In this document: positions 43,318 to 54,161 of the stretch, piece by piece
Layout: the number at the start of each line of letters is the position of its first letter
Numbering within the stretch: the stretch's first letter is position 1
NCBI GenBank assembly: GCA_012735435.1
Contig: JAAYHH010000011.1
Coordinates: 14,141-78,140, forward strand
Reading direction: 5' to 3'
DNA: 64,000 nt
DNA from: Bacillota bacterium
GTDB lineage: Bacteria > Bacillota > Limnochordia > DTU087
Program-made: the position numbers and the translations under genes
Notes under the pieces: generated by a model
Told to the model about the DNA's origin: nothing
The model's database searches: none
Seen by the model: the letters and a program-made list of their open reading frames with translations, nothing else

Positions 43318-45459
43318 TTAGGATCGCGGCCGCTTTCCCCGGCCGTTGCGGCCCCTCTTGTTCTCAGTTACCTCCAATGCTTCGGGACGGGCCAGATTGA
43401 TTCTACCCATACGGTCAATTTCGATTACCTTTACGGTAACAGTCTCTCCAACCTGGACCACATCTTCCACTTTGTCTACCCGGCCTTTGGCCAGCTTCGA
43501 GATATGGAGCAGCCCTTCCTTGCCTGGAAGCAGTTCCACAAAGGCACCGAAGTCCACGATTCGCTTCACCGTTCCCAAGTAAGTTTCGCCTACCTCCACA
43601 TCCTTCACCAAGAGCTCAATCATCTTTTGAGCCCGGTCCCCTGCTTCTTGGTCGGTGGCAGCTACATAAACCCTGCCGTCATCTTCTATATCAATGGTGA
43701 CACCAGTTTCGTCGATGATCTTCCTGATGGTCTTGCCCCCTGGGCCGATGACATCCCTGATCTTGTCCACAGGAATCTCCATAGTGAAAATCCGGGGAGC
43801 GTAGGGTGACAACTCCTCCCTGGGACGCTCGATGATCTCCAGCATTTTCCGGAGAATGTACATTCTCCCTTCCCTGGCTTGAGCCAAGGCCTGCTGCAGG
43901 ACGTCCCAGATAACGCCTTGGATTTTGATATCCATCTGTAAAGCGGTAATGCCCCGTTCCGTTCCAGCGACTTTGAAATCCATATCTCCCAAGGCATCCT
44001 CCATACCCTGGATGTCGGAGAGAATGGAAAACTCATCGCCGTCTTTGACCAATCCCATGGCGATGCCTGCCACTGGGCGCTCAATGGGAACACCGGCATC
44101 CATGAGGGCCAGGGTACTGCCGCAGACGCTGGCCATGGAGGAAGAGCCGTTGGATTCCAAGACCTCTGACACCAAGCGGATGGTATACGGGAATTCTTCT
44201 TCTCCAGGAATCATCGGCAGAAGCGCCCGTTCCGCCAAAGCACCATGACCGATCTCCCGGCGGCCGGGACCCCGTATGGGACGGACTTCACCGACGCTAA
44301 AGGACGGGAAATTGTAATGGTGGATATAGCGCTTGCTGTCTTCGTAACCTAGATCATCCAGGAGCTGTTCATCGGACTTGACGCCCAGTGTACAGGTTGT
44401 GAGAACCTGGGTCTGCCCCCGGGTAAAGACAGCCGATCCATGGGCCCTAGGCAAGATGCCCACTTCACAGGTTATCTGCCGAATCTCATCCAATCCTCGG
44501 CCATCGGGTCTTCGCTTTTCATGGATAATCATGTTTCGGACGATTTCCTTAATCAAGGCTGCAATCACCCGATCAAGGGCCTGTTCCTTTTCAGCAAAGA
44601 CCTCTTCTCCAAATTCCTCCAAGTACTCTGCGTGGAGGGTCAGACGGACATTGTCCACATCTTCTTCCCGACTCAGCTTATCAGCGTTGCGCAGGGCTTC
44701 CTGAAGTCGGGCTGTTCCCCTTTCCCGCACCCACTGGTCCACGTCAGCATCAATGTCCGGTAGCTCAAATTCCTTCTTGGGCTGTCCAATCTGTCTAACT
44801 ATTTCCTCTTGAAATTCCACCAGAGTTATTACATATTGGTGCCCAAACTTGATGGCCTCAAGGACAATCTCCTCAGGGACTTCATTGGCCCCTGCTTCCA
44901 CCATGGTCACCGCATCTTTGGTGCCGGCGACAACTAAGTGGAGATCGCTTTTCATCTGCTGCTCATAGGTGGGGTTGATGACAAACTCGCCGTCGACTCG
45001 GCCGACGATGACGCCGCCTACAGGTCCGTTGAAGGGAATATCGGAGATGGATAAGGCAGCGGAAGCTCCTACGAGGGCCGTAATGTCAGGAGCATTGTCT
45101 TGGTCTACGGAGAGAATTGTAGCCACAATCTGGACATCGTTGCGCATACCCTCGGGAAACAGTGGTCTCAAAGGGCGATCAATCATCCTTGCTGCGAGAA
45201 TAGCTGCTTCACCGGGACGACCTTCCCGGCGTCCCCAGCCGCCCGGCACCTTCCCAACTGCATACATTCGCTCTTCGTAGTCAACCAACAAAGGGAAAAA
45301 ATCTATACCCTCTCGAGGTTCTTTGGACATGGTAGCTGTCACTAGTACTACGGTATCCCCATAGCGCATAAGTACGCTGCCGTTGGCCTGTTTTGCCAGG
45401 GCGCCGGTCTCGACGGTTAGTGTTCTCCCTCCCAGTTCCAGCTGAAATTCCTGTTTCAT
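43318..45459 (-). CDS. pnp: polyribonucleotide nucleotidyltransferase (PNPase)
   Basis: Two RNase PH domains, KH ([11 protein letters not shown]) and S1 ([20 protein letters not shown]). Start is ATG 45459 after AAGGAGG plus 8 nt. Confidence 0.95.
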   Translation of the reverse strand: MKQEFQLELGGRTLTVETGALAKQANGSVLMRYGDTVVLVTATMSKEPREGIDFFPLLVDYEERMYAVGKVPGGWGRREGRPGEAAILAARMIDRPLRPLFPEGMRNDVQIVATILSVDQDNAPDITALVGASAALSISDIPFNGPVGGVIVGRVDGEFVINPTYEQQMKSDLHLVVAGTKDAVTMVEAGANEVPEEIVLEAIKFGHQYVITLVEFQEEIVRQIGQPKKEFELPDIDADVDQWVRERGTARLQEALRNADKLSREEDVDNVRLTLHAEYLEEFGEEVFAEKEQALDRVIAALIKEIVRNMIIHEKRRPDGRGLDEIRQITCEVGILPRAHGSAVFTRGQTQVLTTCTLGVKSDEQLLDDLGYEDSKRYIHHYNFPSFSVGEVRPIRGPGRREIGHGALAERALLPMIPGEEEFPYTIRLVSEVLESNGSSSMASVCGSTLALMDAGVPIERPVAGIAMGLVKDGDEFSILSDIQGMEDALGDMDFKVAGTERGITALQMDIKIQGVIWDVLQQALAQAREGRMYILRKMLEIIERPREELSPYAPRIFTMEIPVDKIRDVIGPGGKTIRKIIDETGVTIDIEDDGRVYVAATDQEAGDRAQKMIELLVKDVEVGETYLGTVKRIVDFGAFVELLPGKEGLLHISKLAKGRVDKVEDVVQVGETVTVKVIEIDRMGRINLARPEALEVTENKRGRNGRGKRPRS

Positions 45460-45597
45460 TCTTCGTACCTCCTTAGGGTTCAATGGCCACTCTCGCCCGG
45501 CATTGACTCGTTCCTCCTGATCAAGTGTACCGGCCGTTATGATAAGTATCTTCTTGTTTTCCCACGGGCATTCCAGCCCGGGAAAGTCAGAGTGGTC

Positions 45598-45629
45598 ATG
45601 TGAAGAAGGAGCGGGGTTACCGCTCCTTC
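45598..45629 (-). terminator. rpsO 3' hairpin (leaky terminator / start of pnp leader)
   Basis: Minus sense GAAGGAGCGG-UAACC-CCGCUCCUUC, followed only by UUCACAU, so read-through into pnp is likely. Confidence 0.5.
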
Positions 45630-45637
45630 ACTTACGA

Positions 45638-45907
45638 TTACCCTCGTATGCCGAGTTTGGCGATAAGGGTTCGATACCGTTCAATGTCTCGTTCCCGAAG
45701 ATAGTCAAGCAGCCCTTTTCTCTGACCAATCATTTTCAGCATGCCCCGTCGGGAATGGTAGTCCTTCTTGTGTACCTTGAGGTGCTCAGTTAGATCACTG
45801 ATCCTCTTGGTGAGAATCGCTATCTGCACCTCAGGTGATCCAGTATCAGAGTCGTGGAGCTTATACTCATCGATGATTTGACGCTTGATATCTTTGTCCA
45901 GAGCCAC
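45638..45907 (-). CDS. rpsO: 30S ribosomal protein S15
   Basis: [53 protein letters not shown] 45907 follows AGGAGGTG. Confidence 0.95.
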   Translation of the reverse strand: MALDKDIKRQIIDEYKLHDSDTGSPEVQIAILTKRISDLTEHLKVHKKDYHSRRGMLKMIGQRKGLLDYLRERDIERYRTLIAKLGIRG

Positions 45908-46014
45908 TAACTTCACCTCCTATACTTGAAATCCCCCCAGCCCAGAACGGCGTTGGAGGAGTTCGCCGAACCGAGTCAAGGGTTCCAAACACCGTATTCA
46001 CTATATCATAAAGC

Positions 46015-47034
46015 TTAGAGGCTGTAAATCTTTTCTGCAGGGGCAGAGCCGCTCTTGCTTTCTACGCCGGTTTGGAAGAGTCTGCGGGCATTCTGGATAT
46101 CCCAGGCAACTTGCCTTTGCAGTTCCTCGCTGCTGGCGAATTTTTGGATAGGGCGAAGATACCGGTGGAATGAAACCTCTAGCTCTTTGCCGTAATAAGC
46201 TGCCTTATGGTCCAGCACATGCACTTCTACTGCCCGGACCTTTCCATCAAAGGTTGGTTTCATGCTGATACTCAAAACACCTATCAGCTCCTGCCGGCGG
46301 GCGGCGAGCTTGCCTCCATCCTCAGCTCCTATCTCCCTCACCGTAACTGCGTAAACTCCATCTTTAGGTATCAGCCGATCTTCATTCACTTCCAGATTGG
46401 CGGTGGGAAACCCCAATTTTCTGCCCCGGCCGTCGCCTTGGATAACCGGACCGGCTAGACGGTAAGGACGGCCCAGGAGCTTGCCAGCTGTTTCTACATC
46501 TCCTTCTTGGAGCAGCCCCCTAATCCGGGTGCTGGATACTTTTTCACCATCGACAATCACAGAAGGCACTGTGGTCACCGATTGTATCCCCCAGCGGGAG
46601 CCTTCTTTCCGCAGGAACTCGGTGGTGCCTCGGCCCTTGTATCCAAAGGTAAAATCCCCTCCGGCCGCTACCGCCGCAACTCCCAGCCGGTCCACTAAAA
46701 TCTTCTTGATGAACTCTTCAGGTTCCAATCCAGCCAGCCCTTCATCGAAGATCAACTCTACAACAGCTTCGATACCAAGTTCCCACATGTATTGTCTCCG
46801 CTCATCCGCTCCTGTCAACAGCGGCGGCACTTCATCTGGCTTGACAATGGAAAGAGGATGGCGGTCAAAGGTGACTAGTGCCGGTGTCAGTCCTAGGGAA
46901 GCTCCAAGTTCCACTACTTGGGCTGCAATGGCCTGATGCCCCAGGTGCATTCCATCGAAAAAGCCCAATCCGGCTGCCATCCCTGTATTGAGCGCACTGC
47001 TGGTAATTCTGCCATCCCGCCAATAAATCTGCAA
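46015..47034 (-). CDS. ribF: bifunctional riboflavin kinase / FMN adenylyltransferase
   Basis: GFFDGMHLGHQ (adenylyltransferase) and GFPTANL...PKDGVYAV (kinase). Confidence 0.9.
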   Translation of the reverse strand: MQIYWRDGRITSSALNTGMAAGLGFFDGMHLGHQAIAAQVVELGASLGLTPALVTFDRHPLSIVKPDEVPPLLTGADERRQYMWELGIEAVVELIFDEGLAGLEPEEFIKKILVDRLGVAAVAAGGDFTFGYKGRGTTEFLRKEGSRWGIQSVTTVPSVIVDGEKVSSTRIRGLLQEGDVETAGKLLGRPYRLAGPVIQGDGRGRKLGFPTANLEVNEDRLIPKDGVYAVTVREIGAEDGGKLAARRQELIGVLSISMKPTFDGKVRAVEVHVLDHKAAYYGKELEVSFHRYLRPIQKFASSEELQRQVAWDIQNARRLFQTGVESKSGSAPAEKIYSL

Positions 47035-47069
47035 ACCACACTCACCCCTGGTTCAGGTTCCAACTCTTG

Positions 47070-48071
47070 TTATTCCGAGGCCGAAGGAAGCAGCCTTACC
47101 GGCTGCAGCACTCCACCCGCTTTTCCCCGGGGAGTACGGCCAACCCCTAGAAATCTGCCTTGGCCGTCATATACCCGCAGCAGGCTGGTGGCCATTGGAT
47201 CTTCTTCGACACTTGCAGTCACTTCAACGTTAACGGGCTCAAGCCACTTCTTTACTTCCTTCACCGGTACAAAGCCGCCGTGACGCAGACGCCTGGCTGC
47301 TTTGCCGCTTAGCACAGCTCCAGGGAGATGACCTACTCCCCGATCCATAGGAATCAAGGCTGAGGGATTCGGAAGTGTACTTGCTTCTGTTTTTGCTTTC
47401 GTTTTCGGACCCGACTCCATTAGTTCCTCCAATGTGAGGGCATCCTGCAGCGACCAGGGGCCAACTCCTGTTCGAATCAAGAACGACATATGACTCGGCA
47501 CCTGGAGATATTCCCCCAGGTCTTGGCAGAGAGTGCGGATGTATGTGCCCTTTGAGCACGTAACATCGAAAAGGAATGTGTCTCCATACCCCCACTCTCC
47601 CCGGCGCCATTGGCCTACGGGATCAAGTCTAAGAATCTTCACCCGTCTAGCCTTTCTCTCAACTGTCTTTCCCTGCCGAGCCAATTGATAAAGGCGCTGT
47701 CCCTGATGCTTCACCGCTGAAACCATAGGCGGAATCTGCTCTATTTCTCCCCGAAAAGCATTAAGGGCCTTAAGCAGCTGTTCATCGGTAAAGGAAAACT
47801 CCCAGTCTTCTTTTACTACTTTACCGCCGGCGTCTTGGGTATCTGTGGATTTTCCAAACCAAAGCTCCGCTCGATAAGCCTTGATATGATCCTCCATGTA
47901 TGGAATCAATCTGGTTGCATTCCCTACACACACTACCAGGATGCCGGCTGCACCCGGGTCAAGGGTGCCTGTATGCCCCACTCGCCTTTCGCCGAGCTGC
48001 CGTCTAACGACATTTACCACATCATGGGATGTCATTCCCGGGGGTTTGAGAAGCACCAAAATGCCGTCCAT
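47070..48071 (-). CDS. truB: tRNA pseudouridine-55 synthase
   Basis: MDGILVLLKPPGMTSHDVV and HTGTLDPGAAG (catalytic Asp). ATG 48071 is chosen, giving a 50-nt overlap with the upstream gene. Confidence 0.9.
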   Translation of the reverse strand: MDGILVLLKPPGMTSHDVVNVVRRQLGERRVGHTGTLDPGAAGILVVCVGNATRLIPYMEDHIKAYRAELWFGKSTDTQDAGGKVVKEDWEFSFTDEQLLKALNAFRGEIEQIPPMVSAVKHQGQRLYQLARQGKTVERKARRVKILRLDPVGQWRRGEWGYGDTFLFDVTCSKGTYIRTLCQDLGEYLQVPSHMSFLIRTGVGPWSLQDALTLEELMESGPKTKAKTEASTLPNPSALIPMDRGVGHLPGAVLSGKAARRLRHGGFVPVKEVKKWLEPVNVEVTASVEEDPMATSLLRVYDGQGRFLGVGRTPRGKAGGVLQPVRLLPSASE

Positions 48072-49083
48072 CCTGGTCTTCGCCCCCCTTTCCCCCTGAC
48101 TGGTTGGAGAAGTCAGATGCCAGCAGGTTGGCGGCTGTCTCCAACACAAGGGCTTTGGCCTCCGGTAACGGCTTGTTAATTGTACACCCTGCCGCGTACA
48201 TATGGCCGCCGCCCCCAAATAAACCAGCTAGTTTGCTCGCGTCTATATTATCCCGGGAGCGAAAACTAACCTTGGTTCTTTCTGCTTCCAGCTCTCTAAA
48301 CATAATTGCCAGCTTTACCGTCTTGATCATTCGGGGATACTTAATCAGATCTTCCGACTTCTGACCGCTCCACTGTCTTTCACCGAGCATGGTTCTGGTT
48401 ACGGTAATCCAGCTCATCTCGCCCCGGGGACTGATCTCCAAGGTGTCCAGAGCTGCCCGCATGAGGTCAACTTCTTCGTAAGCCCTGTTTTCATATAGGT
48501 GTACAGCTATCTCGGCAGGGTTTGCTCCACATTTAACCAGTTCACTTGCGATGGACAGTACCCTGCTGTTGGTATTGCTGTAGCGAAAGGTTCCTGTATC
48601 CCCGGATAACGCGGCATACAGGTTGACAGCCATGGCCTCGGTCAGGGGGACATGCAGGTACTCAGTGATCAGCTCGTAGATGATTTCTCCAGTGGCTGCA
48701 GCCTTTGGGTTAATGTAAAAGGCCTGGCCAAAGCCTGGATTTGTCCCGTGGTGATCAATATTGATTACCGGCACGCCTGACCGCAGGTATGGAACTAGTC
48801 CGCCGCACCTATCCGGTTCACAGTCTGCAACAATAACTGCATCCACGGAGGGACTAAGATTCTCGCTGAAAACCTTGCATGATTCTATACCAGGCAGGAA
48901 ATCAAACCAATCTCCTAATGGGTCAGGAGAAACGCAGACGGCCCCCTTGCCTATCGCCTGCAAAGCCTGCTGGAGGGCCAACCCAGACCCGACGCTGTCG
49001 GGGTCCGGGTCGACATGCCAAGTAATTAAGAATTTCTTGTATGCTCTTATTGCTTGAGCTACTTGTTCAAGGGAACCCACCAC
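48022..49083 (-). CDS. DHH/DHHA1 phosphoesterase (NrnA-like)
   Basis: HVDPDPDSVGS, INIDHHGTN (DHH) and GGGGHMYAAG (DHHA1). GTG 49083 overlaps the rbfA TAG. Confidence 0.8.
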   Translation of the reverse strand: MVGSLEQVAQAIRAYKKFLITWHVDPDPDSVGSGLALQQALQAIGKGAVCVSPDPLGDWFDFLPGIESCKVFSENLSPSVDAVIVADCEPDRCGGLVPYLRSGVPVINIDHHGTNPGFGQAFYINPKAAATGEIIYELITEYLHVPLTEAMAVNLYAALSGDTGTFRYSNTNSRVLSIASELVKCGANPAEIAVHLYENRAYEEVDLMRAALDTLEISPRGEMSWITVTRTMLGERQWSGQKSEDLIKYPRMIKTVKLAIMFRELEAERTKVSFRSRDNIDASKLAGLFGGGGHMYAAGCTINKPLPEAKALVLETAANLLASDFSNQSGGKGGEDQDGRHFGASQTPGNDIP

Positions 49084-49487
49084 TATAAATCTTCTCCTAG
49101 AGTTGAAGCTGTATCTTGGTCCTCAGAATCAGAGCTCTCCTCCCTGAGCTCTCTGAGAAGCTGGGAGATGCGGGCGCCTCTCTCTATGGATTCATCCCAT
49201 CGGAAGACAATCTCCGGAGTATGCCGTAAGCGTATCCGTTGGCCGATTTCTGAGCGAATATAGCCAGTAGCCCGCTCAAGTCCCTCCATAGCTGCTCTCT
49301 TTGTATCATCGTCCCCTAACACACTTACAAATATCTTAACATGACGGAGATCCCGGGAAACTTCCGCATCTGTCACTGTAACAAAGGCGACCCGCGGATC
49401 CTTCATTTTCCGAATGATATCGCTTGCCTCCTGCTTAATCGCTTCCCGGACTCTTTGTACCCGCTGGTGGGTGGCCATATTCCTCAT
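49083..49487 (-). CDS. rbfA: ribosome-binding factor A
   Basis: RVQRVREAIKQEASDIIRKMKDPRVAFVTVTDAEVSRDLRHVKIFVS. Confidence 0.9.
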   Translation of the reverse strand: MRNMATHQRVQRVREAIKQEASDIIRKMKDPRVAFVTVTDAEVSRDLRHVKIFVSVLGDDDTKRAAMEGLERATGYIRSEIGQRIRLRHTPEIVFRWDESIERGARISQLLRELREESSDSEDQDTASTLGEDL

Positions 49488-49519
49488 CCCCTTCTTCAGC
49501 CCTTAGTGGTGATTATCGG

Positions 49520-51709
49520 CTAGAGTGTCCGCTTTACCTCCTTGAGGACAAAGACTTCAATTTCATCGCCTTCCTTGATGTCGTTGAAGCGTTCTATGCC
49601 GATTCCACACTCATAGCCTTGGGAAACTTCCCTAACGTCATCCTTAAATCGCTTGAGGGAGGAAATCTTGCCTTCATGGATCACTACATTATTGCGCAGC
49701 AGCCGCACTTGGGCATTGCGGAGGACCTTACCATCGTCAACATAGCATCCTGCTACAACTCCTACGTTGGGAACCCTAAATGTTGCCCGCACCGATGCTC
49801 TTCCCAGAACCTCTTCCACATAATCAGGTTCAAGGAGTCCCTCCATAGCTGCCTTCACATCATCAATCGCGTCATAGATGACCCGATAAGTCCGAATGTC
49901 CACCTTCTCCCGTTCTGCCACCCGGCTGGCAATAACATCGGGGCGAACGTTAAAGCCGATGATCACAGCATCGGAGGTAGCTGCCAAGAGGACATCACTT
50001 TCGGTTATGCCTCCAACGGCGTCATGGATCACCTTTACCTGCACTTCATCGGTGGACAGGCGTTCCAAAGCCTGACGAACAGCTTCTACTGAGCCCTGCA
50101 CATCAGCCTTAATGATCAAGTTGAAATCCTTAACTTCACCTTGTTTGATACGCTCAAACAGACCATCGAGGGTGATGGGTGCAGTTCTGCTTAGCTCTGC
50201 TGCCCGTTTCTCCTCTTGCTTCTGGGCTGCAATCTGTCTTGCTAGCTTCTCATCCTCAAGAGCCACAAGTTCATCTCCGGCCTCCGGCACATCGGAAAGG
50301 CCAACTACCTCCACCGGAGTTGACGGACCGGCTTCTTCCAGACGCCTGCCGGAAGCATCGTTCATGGCCCGCACTCTTCCGGAAACACTACCGGCAATTA
50401 CGGCATCGCCCACCCGCAAGGTTCCGTTGCGGATCAAGACGGTGGCCACAGGTCCCCGGCCTTTATCCAACTTGGCCTCCACAATGGTGCCCCTAGCTAA
50501 CCTGTCGGGATTTGCCTTGAGCTCCTGGAGATCTGCCACCAATAGGATCATTTCCAGCAGATCATCTATGCCTTCTTTTCGTAGTGCTGAAATATTTACG
50601 CAAACTGTATCGCCGCCCCACTCCTCTGGAACCAGACCCAGTTCAGCCAAGCTCTGTTTTACCCGGTCCGGATTTGCCTCGGGGCGATCCATTTTATTGA
50701 TGGCAACAATAATAGGCACATCGGCTGCTTGGGCATGGCTGATAGCCTCCCGGGTTTGCGGCATCACGCCATCATCAGCAGCTACGACTAAGACAGCAAT
50801 ATCGGTAACCTGTGCACCCCGGGAACGCATGGCGGTAAAGGCCTCATGGCCGGGAGTGTCTAGGAATGTGATTTTCCGCCCCTCAAGCTCCACCTGATAC
50901 GCGCCGATATGCTGGGTAATTCCACCAGCTTCCTGCTGGGTTACCCGACTCTCCCGGATGGCATCCAACAGTGTTGTCTTGCCGTGATCTACATGTCCCA
51001 TAATAGTGACGATAGGCGGGCGAGGCTGAAGCTTTTCAGGCGGGTCCTCAACATCGGCCAAAGGATCCACTGTCTCGATCTCTGGAAGTATTACCTTGAA
51101 ACCGAGGTCCTCCGCTACTGTAGCAGCAGCCTCCCAGCTGATGCTCTGGGGAACTGTTGCCATTATACCTATGCCCATCAGCTTCTTGATGATGGTGGCA
51201 GCGGGGATGCTCATGCGGCTCGCCAGTTCCTTCACAGTAATGCTTTCCGGAATCTCGATCTCCTTAGGCCTTTGCGGAGCAGACTTTGGACTGCGAGAAG
51301 AAGGCTGGCGCCTCAAATCTTTCCGGCCCTTCCGCCGATGCCGCCTGCCGGTTGAAGCATCTTCATCATCGGCCGCGATTTGAGCCTGTGCCGCAGCCTT
51401 TGAAGGACGTTTAGAGGAGGTCTTAGGCTTTTTCCCATCTGCTTCTGCCTGCATCGTCTTGCTCTGCACCGGCTCCTCTCTCTTTGCCTTTTTCTGTGCC
51501 GGTTTTTCTTTCGGTTCTGCTGCCTTGGGCTTCTTTTGCTTCTTATCTTTTTCCTGGGCGAAGTGTTCTCTGACTAGATCGGCCACGTCTTCCTCCAGAG
51601 TGCTCATGTGATTCTTGACATCTGCTCCCAGATCTTGCAGAACCTCAACAAGCTGCTTACTTTTCATTTCAAGTTCTTTAGCTAGTTCGTAAACTCGAAC
51701 CTTTCCCAT
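49520..51709 (-). CDS. infB: translation initiation factor IF-2
   Basis: G-domain [24 protein letters not shown] and NKMD, with a Lys/Ala/Pro-rich N-terminal region. Confidence 0.95.
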   Translation of the reverse strand: MGKVRVYELAKELEMKSKQLVEVLQDLGADVKNHMSTLEEDVADLVREHFAQEKDKKQKKPKAAEPKEKPAQKKAKREEPVQSKTMQAEADGKKPKTSSKRPSKAAAQAQIAADDEDASTGRRHRRKGRKDLRRQPSSRSPKSAPQRPKEIEIPESITVKELASRMSIPAATIIKKLMGIGIMATVPQSISWEAAATVAEDLGFKVILPEIETVDPLADVEDPPEKLQPRPPIVTIMGHVDHGKTTLLDAIRESRVTQQEAGGITQHIGAYQVELEGRKITFLDTPGHEAFTAMRSRGAQVTDIAVLVVAADDGVMPQTREAISHAQAADVPIIVAINKMDRPEANPDRVKQSLAELGLVPEEWGGDTVCVNISALRKEGIDDLLEMILLVADLQELKANPDRLARGTIVEAKLDKGRGPVATVLIRNGTLRVGDAVIAGSVSGRVRAMNDASGRRLEEAGPSTPVEVVGLSDVPEAGDELVALEDEKLARQIAAQKQEEKRAAELSRTAPITLDGLFERIKQGEVKDFNLIIKADVQGSVEAVRQALERLSTDEVQVKVIHDAVGGITESDVLLAATSDAVIIGFNVRPDVIASRVAEREKVDIRTYRVIYDAIDDVKAAMEGLLEPDYVEEVLGRASVRATFRVPNVGVVAGCYVDDGKVLRNAQVRLLRNNVVIHEGKISSLKRFKDDVREVSQGYECGIGIERFNDIKEGDEIEVFVLKEVKRTL

Positions 51710-51738
51710 TAACCATCACCCCTACCTTGGTCCGCGAA

Positions 51739-52068
51739 TTACTCTACTCTTCCATCGTTGCCCTCTGCCTCCGTTTTCCTGGTATTCACAGCCTTCATAA
51801 TCGCCTGGGCCATTCCGGCATCCTTGACGCAGAGAACTGCCCGGGCAGGTTTGCCAATAGCCGCTCCCAACTGTTCCTTGGTCCCCATGTATATGACGGG
51901 AACTCCCTTGGCTGCCTTCTCAAAGGTCGCCTTTGTTCCGGCACTGGCATCGCAAGCCAGCACCACCAACTCTATACGCCTTCGCCGCAAAGCTGCCAGA
52001 CAGCTGTTGTACCCAGAAATCAAGTTTCCGCTTGCCTGGGCGAATCCCAGCAAACTCAGTGCCTTCAC
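51739..52068 (-). CDS. ylxQ: L7Ae-family RNA-binding protein YlxQ
   Basis: LLGFAQASGNLISGYNSCLAALRRRRIELVVLACDAS. GTG 52068 overlaps the ylxR stop (ATGTGA). The track ORF is longer. Confidence 0.8.
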   Translation of the reverse strand: MKALSLLGFAQASGNLISGYNSCLAALRRRRIELVVLACDASAGTKATFEKAAKGVPVIYMGTKEQLGAAIGKPARAVLCVKDAGMAQAIMKAVNTRKTEAEGNDGRVE

Positions 52069-52337
52069 ATGACTCTCTCCAGTTCCTCTCTGAGTCTCTC
52101 GATAGTTTCCGGGGCGATGGCCACCTCCAGGGCTCTTTCCAGCTGCTTTTTTTTCAATGCCCGTTCCATACAGGCCGTATCGGGGCACATGTAAGCACCC
52201 CTGCCGGATTGCTTCCCGGTGGGATCAAGCAAGATCTCCCCTTCGGGGGTTCTTACGACACGAATTAGATCCCGCTTAGGGCGCACGGTACGACAGCCGA
52301 TACATGTTCTCTGTGGAATCTTCCGCTGTTTCGCCAC
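52065..52337 (-). CDS. ylxR: YlxR (DUF448) RNA-binding protein
   Basis: KIPQRTCIGCRTVRPKRDLIRVV...GRGAYMC. Positioned between nusA and ylxQ. Confidence 0.85.
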   Translation of the reverse strand: MAKQRKIPQRTCIGCRTVRPKRDLIRVVRTPEGEILLDPTGKQSGRGAYMCPDTACMERALKKKQLERALEVAIAPETIERLREELERVM

Positions 52338-52375
52338 CCTGCCATCACTCCTTCACAACCCGCTGTCTGCAGTTC

Positions 52376-54139
52376 TCATTCATCGAATTCCCAACGCAAA
52401 TCGGCCAAGTCCTTGAGAGTCTTCTTGTCTTTACCCTGCTGCTTGTTGTCTTCTTCACTCTCATCCTGGAACTTAACTTTGAGGTCATCCAACCGTCCCG
52501 CAAGGGTAAAACCGCTCTCATCATCCTCAGGTCCTGCAACATACTCAGAAATTTCCACTTCGTCCTGCTGCTGATCTCCGGAAAACAAAGTGGGCAGCGG
52601 TTCTTCTTCAATTAGTTCTTCCTCAAGCAGAGATTCTAGATCCTGTTTGCGGGTCTTGCGGCTCCTTGCCTTACCCAGCCCGGCGGCCGGTTTGGGCGTC
52701 CGCCTCCGCCAGAGGGTATCTTCATCCAATTCGGTTTCTATCTCCTCGGGCTCTTCATCCAGCTCATCGACGTCATCATCTAGAGCTGCCTGCTCCAAGG
52801 GTTCTGATTCGTCATCGGCATAAACCGAGAGCTCTTCTTCGTGCTCTTCCTCCAGCGGCAGTTCCTCGAGATAGTCGGATTCATCAGCTTCCTCTGGAGC
52901 AGTTTCCTCATCCAATTCCTGCTCATCGTCAGCTGCCGTCAGCTCACCATCCTCACTGACTGTATCGCCTTCTTCAAGTTCACTATCCGCTGCAACTACT
53001 GCCGCAAGGTCTTCATCTTGAGCCGTTAGGTCTTCCTCGCCGGAGACCTCGTCAATCTCCTCGTCCTTAGGTGTTGCCCGTTCAAAGGCTTCCTTGGCCA
53101 GGATCTGGGCCATTTGCTCCTGGCTCTTGATATCTATTCTCCATCCGGTAAGCCGTGCCGCCAGCCTGGCGTTTTGTCCTTCTTTCCCGATGGCCAGGGA
53201 CAGATGATTGTCCGGCACCACGGCTCTAGCCGTTTTGGTCGATTCATCCAGGTAGGTCTTAACTACATGGGCTGGGCTCAGGGCATTGGCTACAAACTCT
53301 TCTTCTATTGGCGCCCAGGGGATAATGTCAATCTTTTCACCCCGCAGCTCCGATACAACAGCCTGGACCCGCATGCCCCTTGGACCTACACATGCGCCCA
53401 CAGGATCGACATTTGGGTCCCGAGAATAAACTGCTATCTTGGTGCGGGCGCCGGCTTCCCTGGCCACTGCCTTGATCTCCACTGTTCCATCGTAGATTTC
53501 TGGAACTTCCATTTCAAACAAGCGCAGCACCAGGCCCGGATGTGTTCGGGAGACTGCTATATGGGGTCCCTTGCCGGTTTGTCGAACTTCGCTGATGTAG
53601 ACCTTGATTCTGGTCCCCTGGGTGAGCGGTTCGCCCGGCATTTGATCAGACGGGGCCAAAACCGCCTCTGCCTTGCCCAGGTCAATAATCACATTGCGGT
53701 TTTCCCTGCGCTGAACAATGCCGGTGACGACGTCTCCTTCCCTATTCTTAAATTCATCATAGATGAGCGCCCTCTCGGCTTCCCGAATCCTCTGGATAAC
53801 CACCTGTTTGGCAGTTTGAGCAGCTATGCGGCCGAAATCCTCGGGGGTTACCTCTACATCGACGACATCATCCAGCTTGTAGTTGGGGTCCATAGCCTGG
53901 GCTTCCTGCAAACTGATCTGCAGGGAATCATCGGTTACTTCGTCAACTACAACCTTGCGGGCGTAGACATTGATTTCCCCCGTGTTTTCATCAACTTCTA
54001 CCCTCACGTTTTGGGCTGTCCCATAGTTGCGCTTATAAGCCGTAGTGATGGCAGCCTCTATGGCTTCTAATATGATTTCTTTAGTAATTCCCCGCTCTTT
54101 TTCCAACTCGTTAAGAGCGCTCATCACTTCGAAGTTCAT
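52376..54139 (-). CDS. nusA: transcription termination/antitermination factor NusA with long acidic C-terminal extension
   Basis: N-domain, S1, KH1 (VGACVGPRGMRVQAV) and KH2 (LAIGKEGQNARLAARLTGWRIDI) occupy residues 1-350. Residues ~356-587 are Asp/Glu-rich low complexity. Confidence 0.95.
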   Translation of the reverse strand: MNFEVMSALNELEKERGITKEIILEAIEAAITTAYKRNYGTAQNVRVEVDENTGEINVYARKVVVDEVTDDSLQISLQEAQAMDPNYKLDDVVDVEVTPEDFGRIAAQTAKQVVIQRIREAERALIYDEFKNREGDVVTGIVQRRENRNVIIDLGKAEAVLAPSDQMPGEPLTQGTRIKVYISEVRQTGKGPHIAVSRTHPGLVLRLFEMEVPEIYDGTVEIKAVAREAGARTKIAVYSRDPNVDPVGACVGPRGMRVQAVVSELRGEKIDIIPWAPIEEEFVANALSPAHVVKTYLDESTKTARAVVPDNHLSLAIGKEGQNARLAARLTGWRIDIKSQEQMAQILAKEAFERATPKDEEIDEVSGEEDLTAQDEDLAAVVAADSELEEGDTVSEDGELTAADDEQELDEETAPEEADESDYLEELPLEEEHEEELSVYADDESEPLEQAALDDDVDELDEEPEEIETELDEDTLWRRRTPKPAAGLGKARSRKTRKQDLESLLEEELIEEEPLPTLFSGDQQQDEVEISEYVAGPEDDESGFTLAGRLDDLKVKFQDESEEDNKQQGKDKKTLKDLADLRWEFDE

Positions 54140-54161
54140 TTAAGTGCCCTCCTGTTTCCAG

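Noticed and set aside
50112-50897. 261-aa plus-strand ORF, Ser/Ala/Arg-rich
   Set aside because: It is antisense to the infB G-domain region and consists of low-complexity shadow translation.
53114-54070. 318-aa plus-strand ORF
   Set aside because: It is entirely antisense to nusA, whose identity is unambiguous. It has no SD, and its composition (Gly/Pro/Leu-rich, no motifs) is typical of a shadow ORF in a GC-moderate gene.
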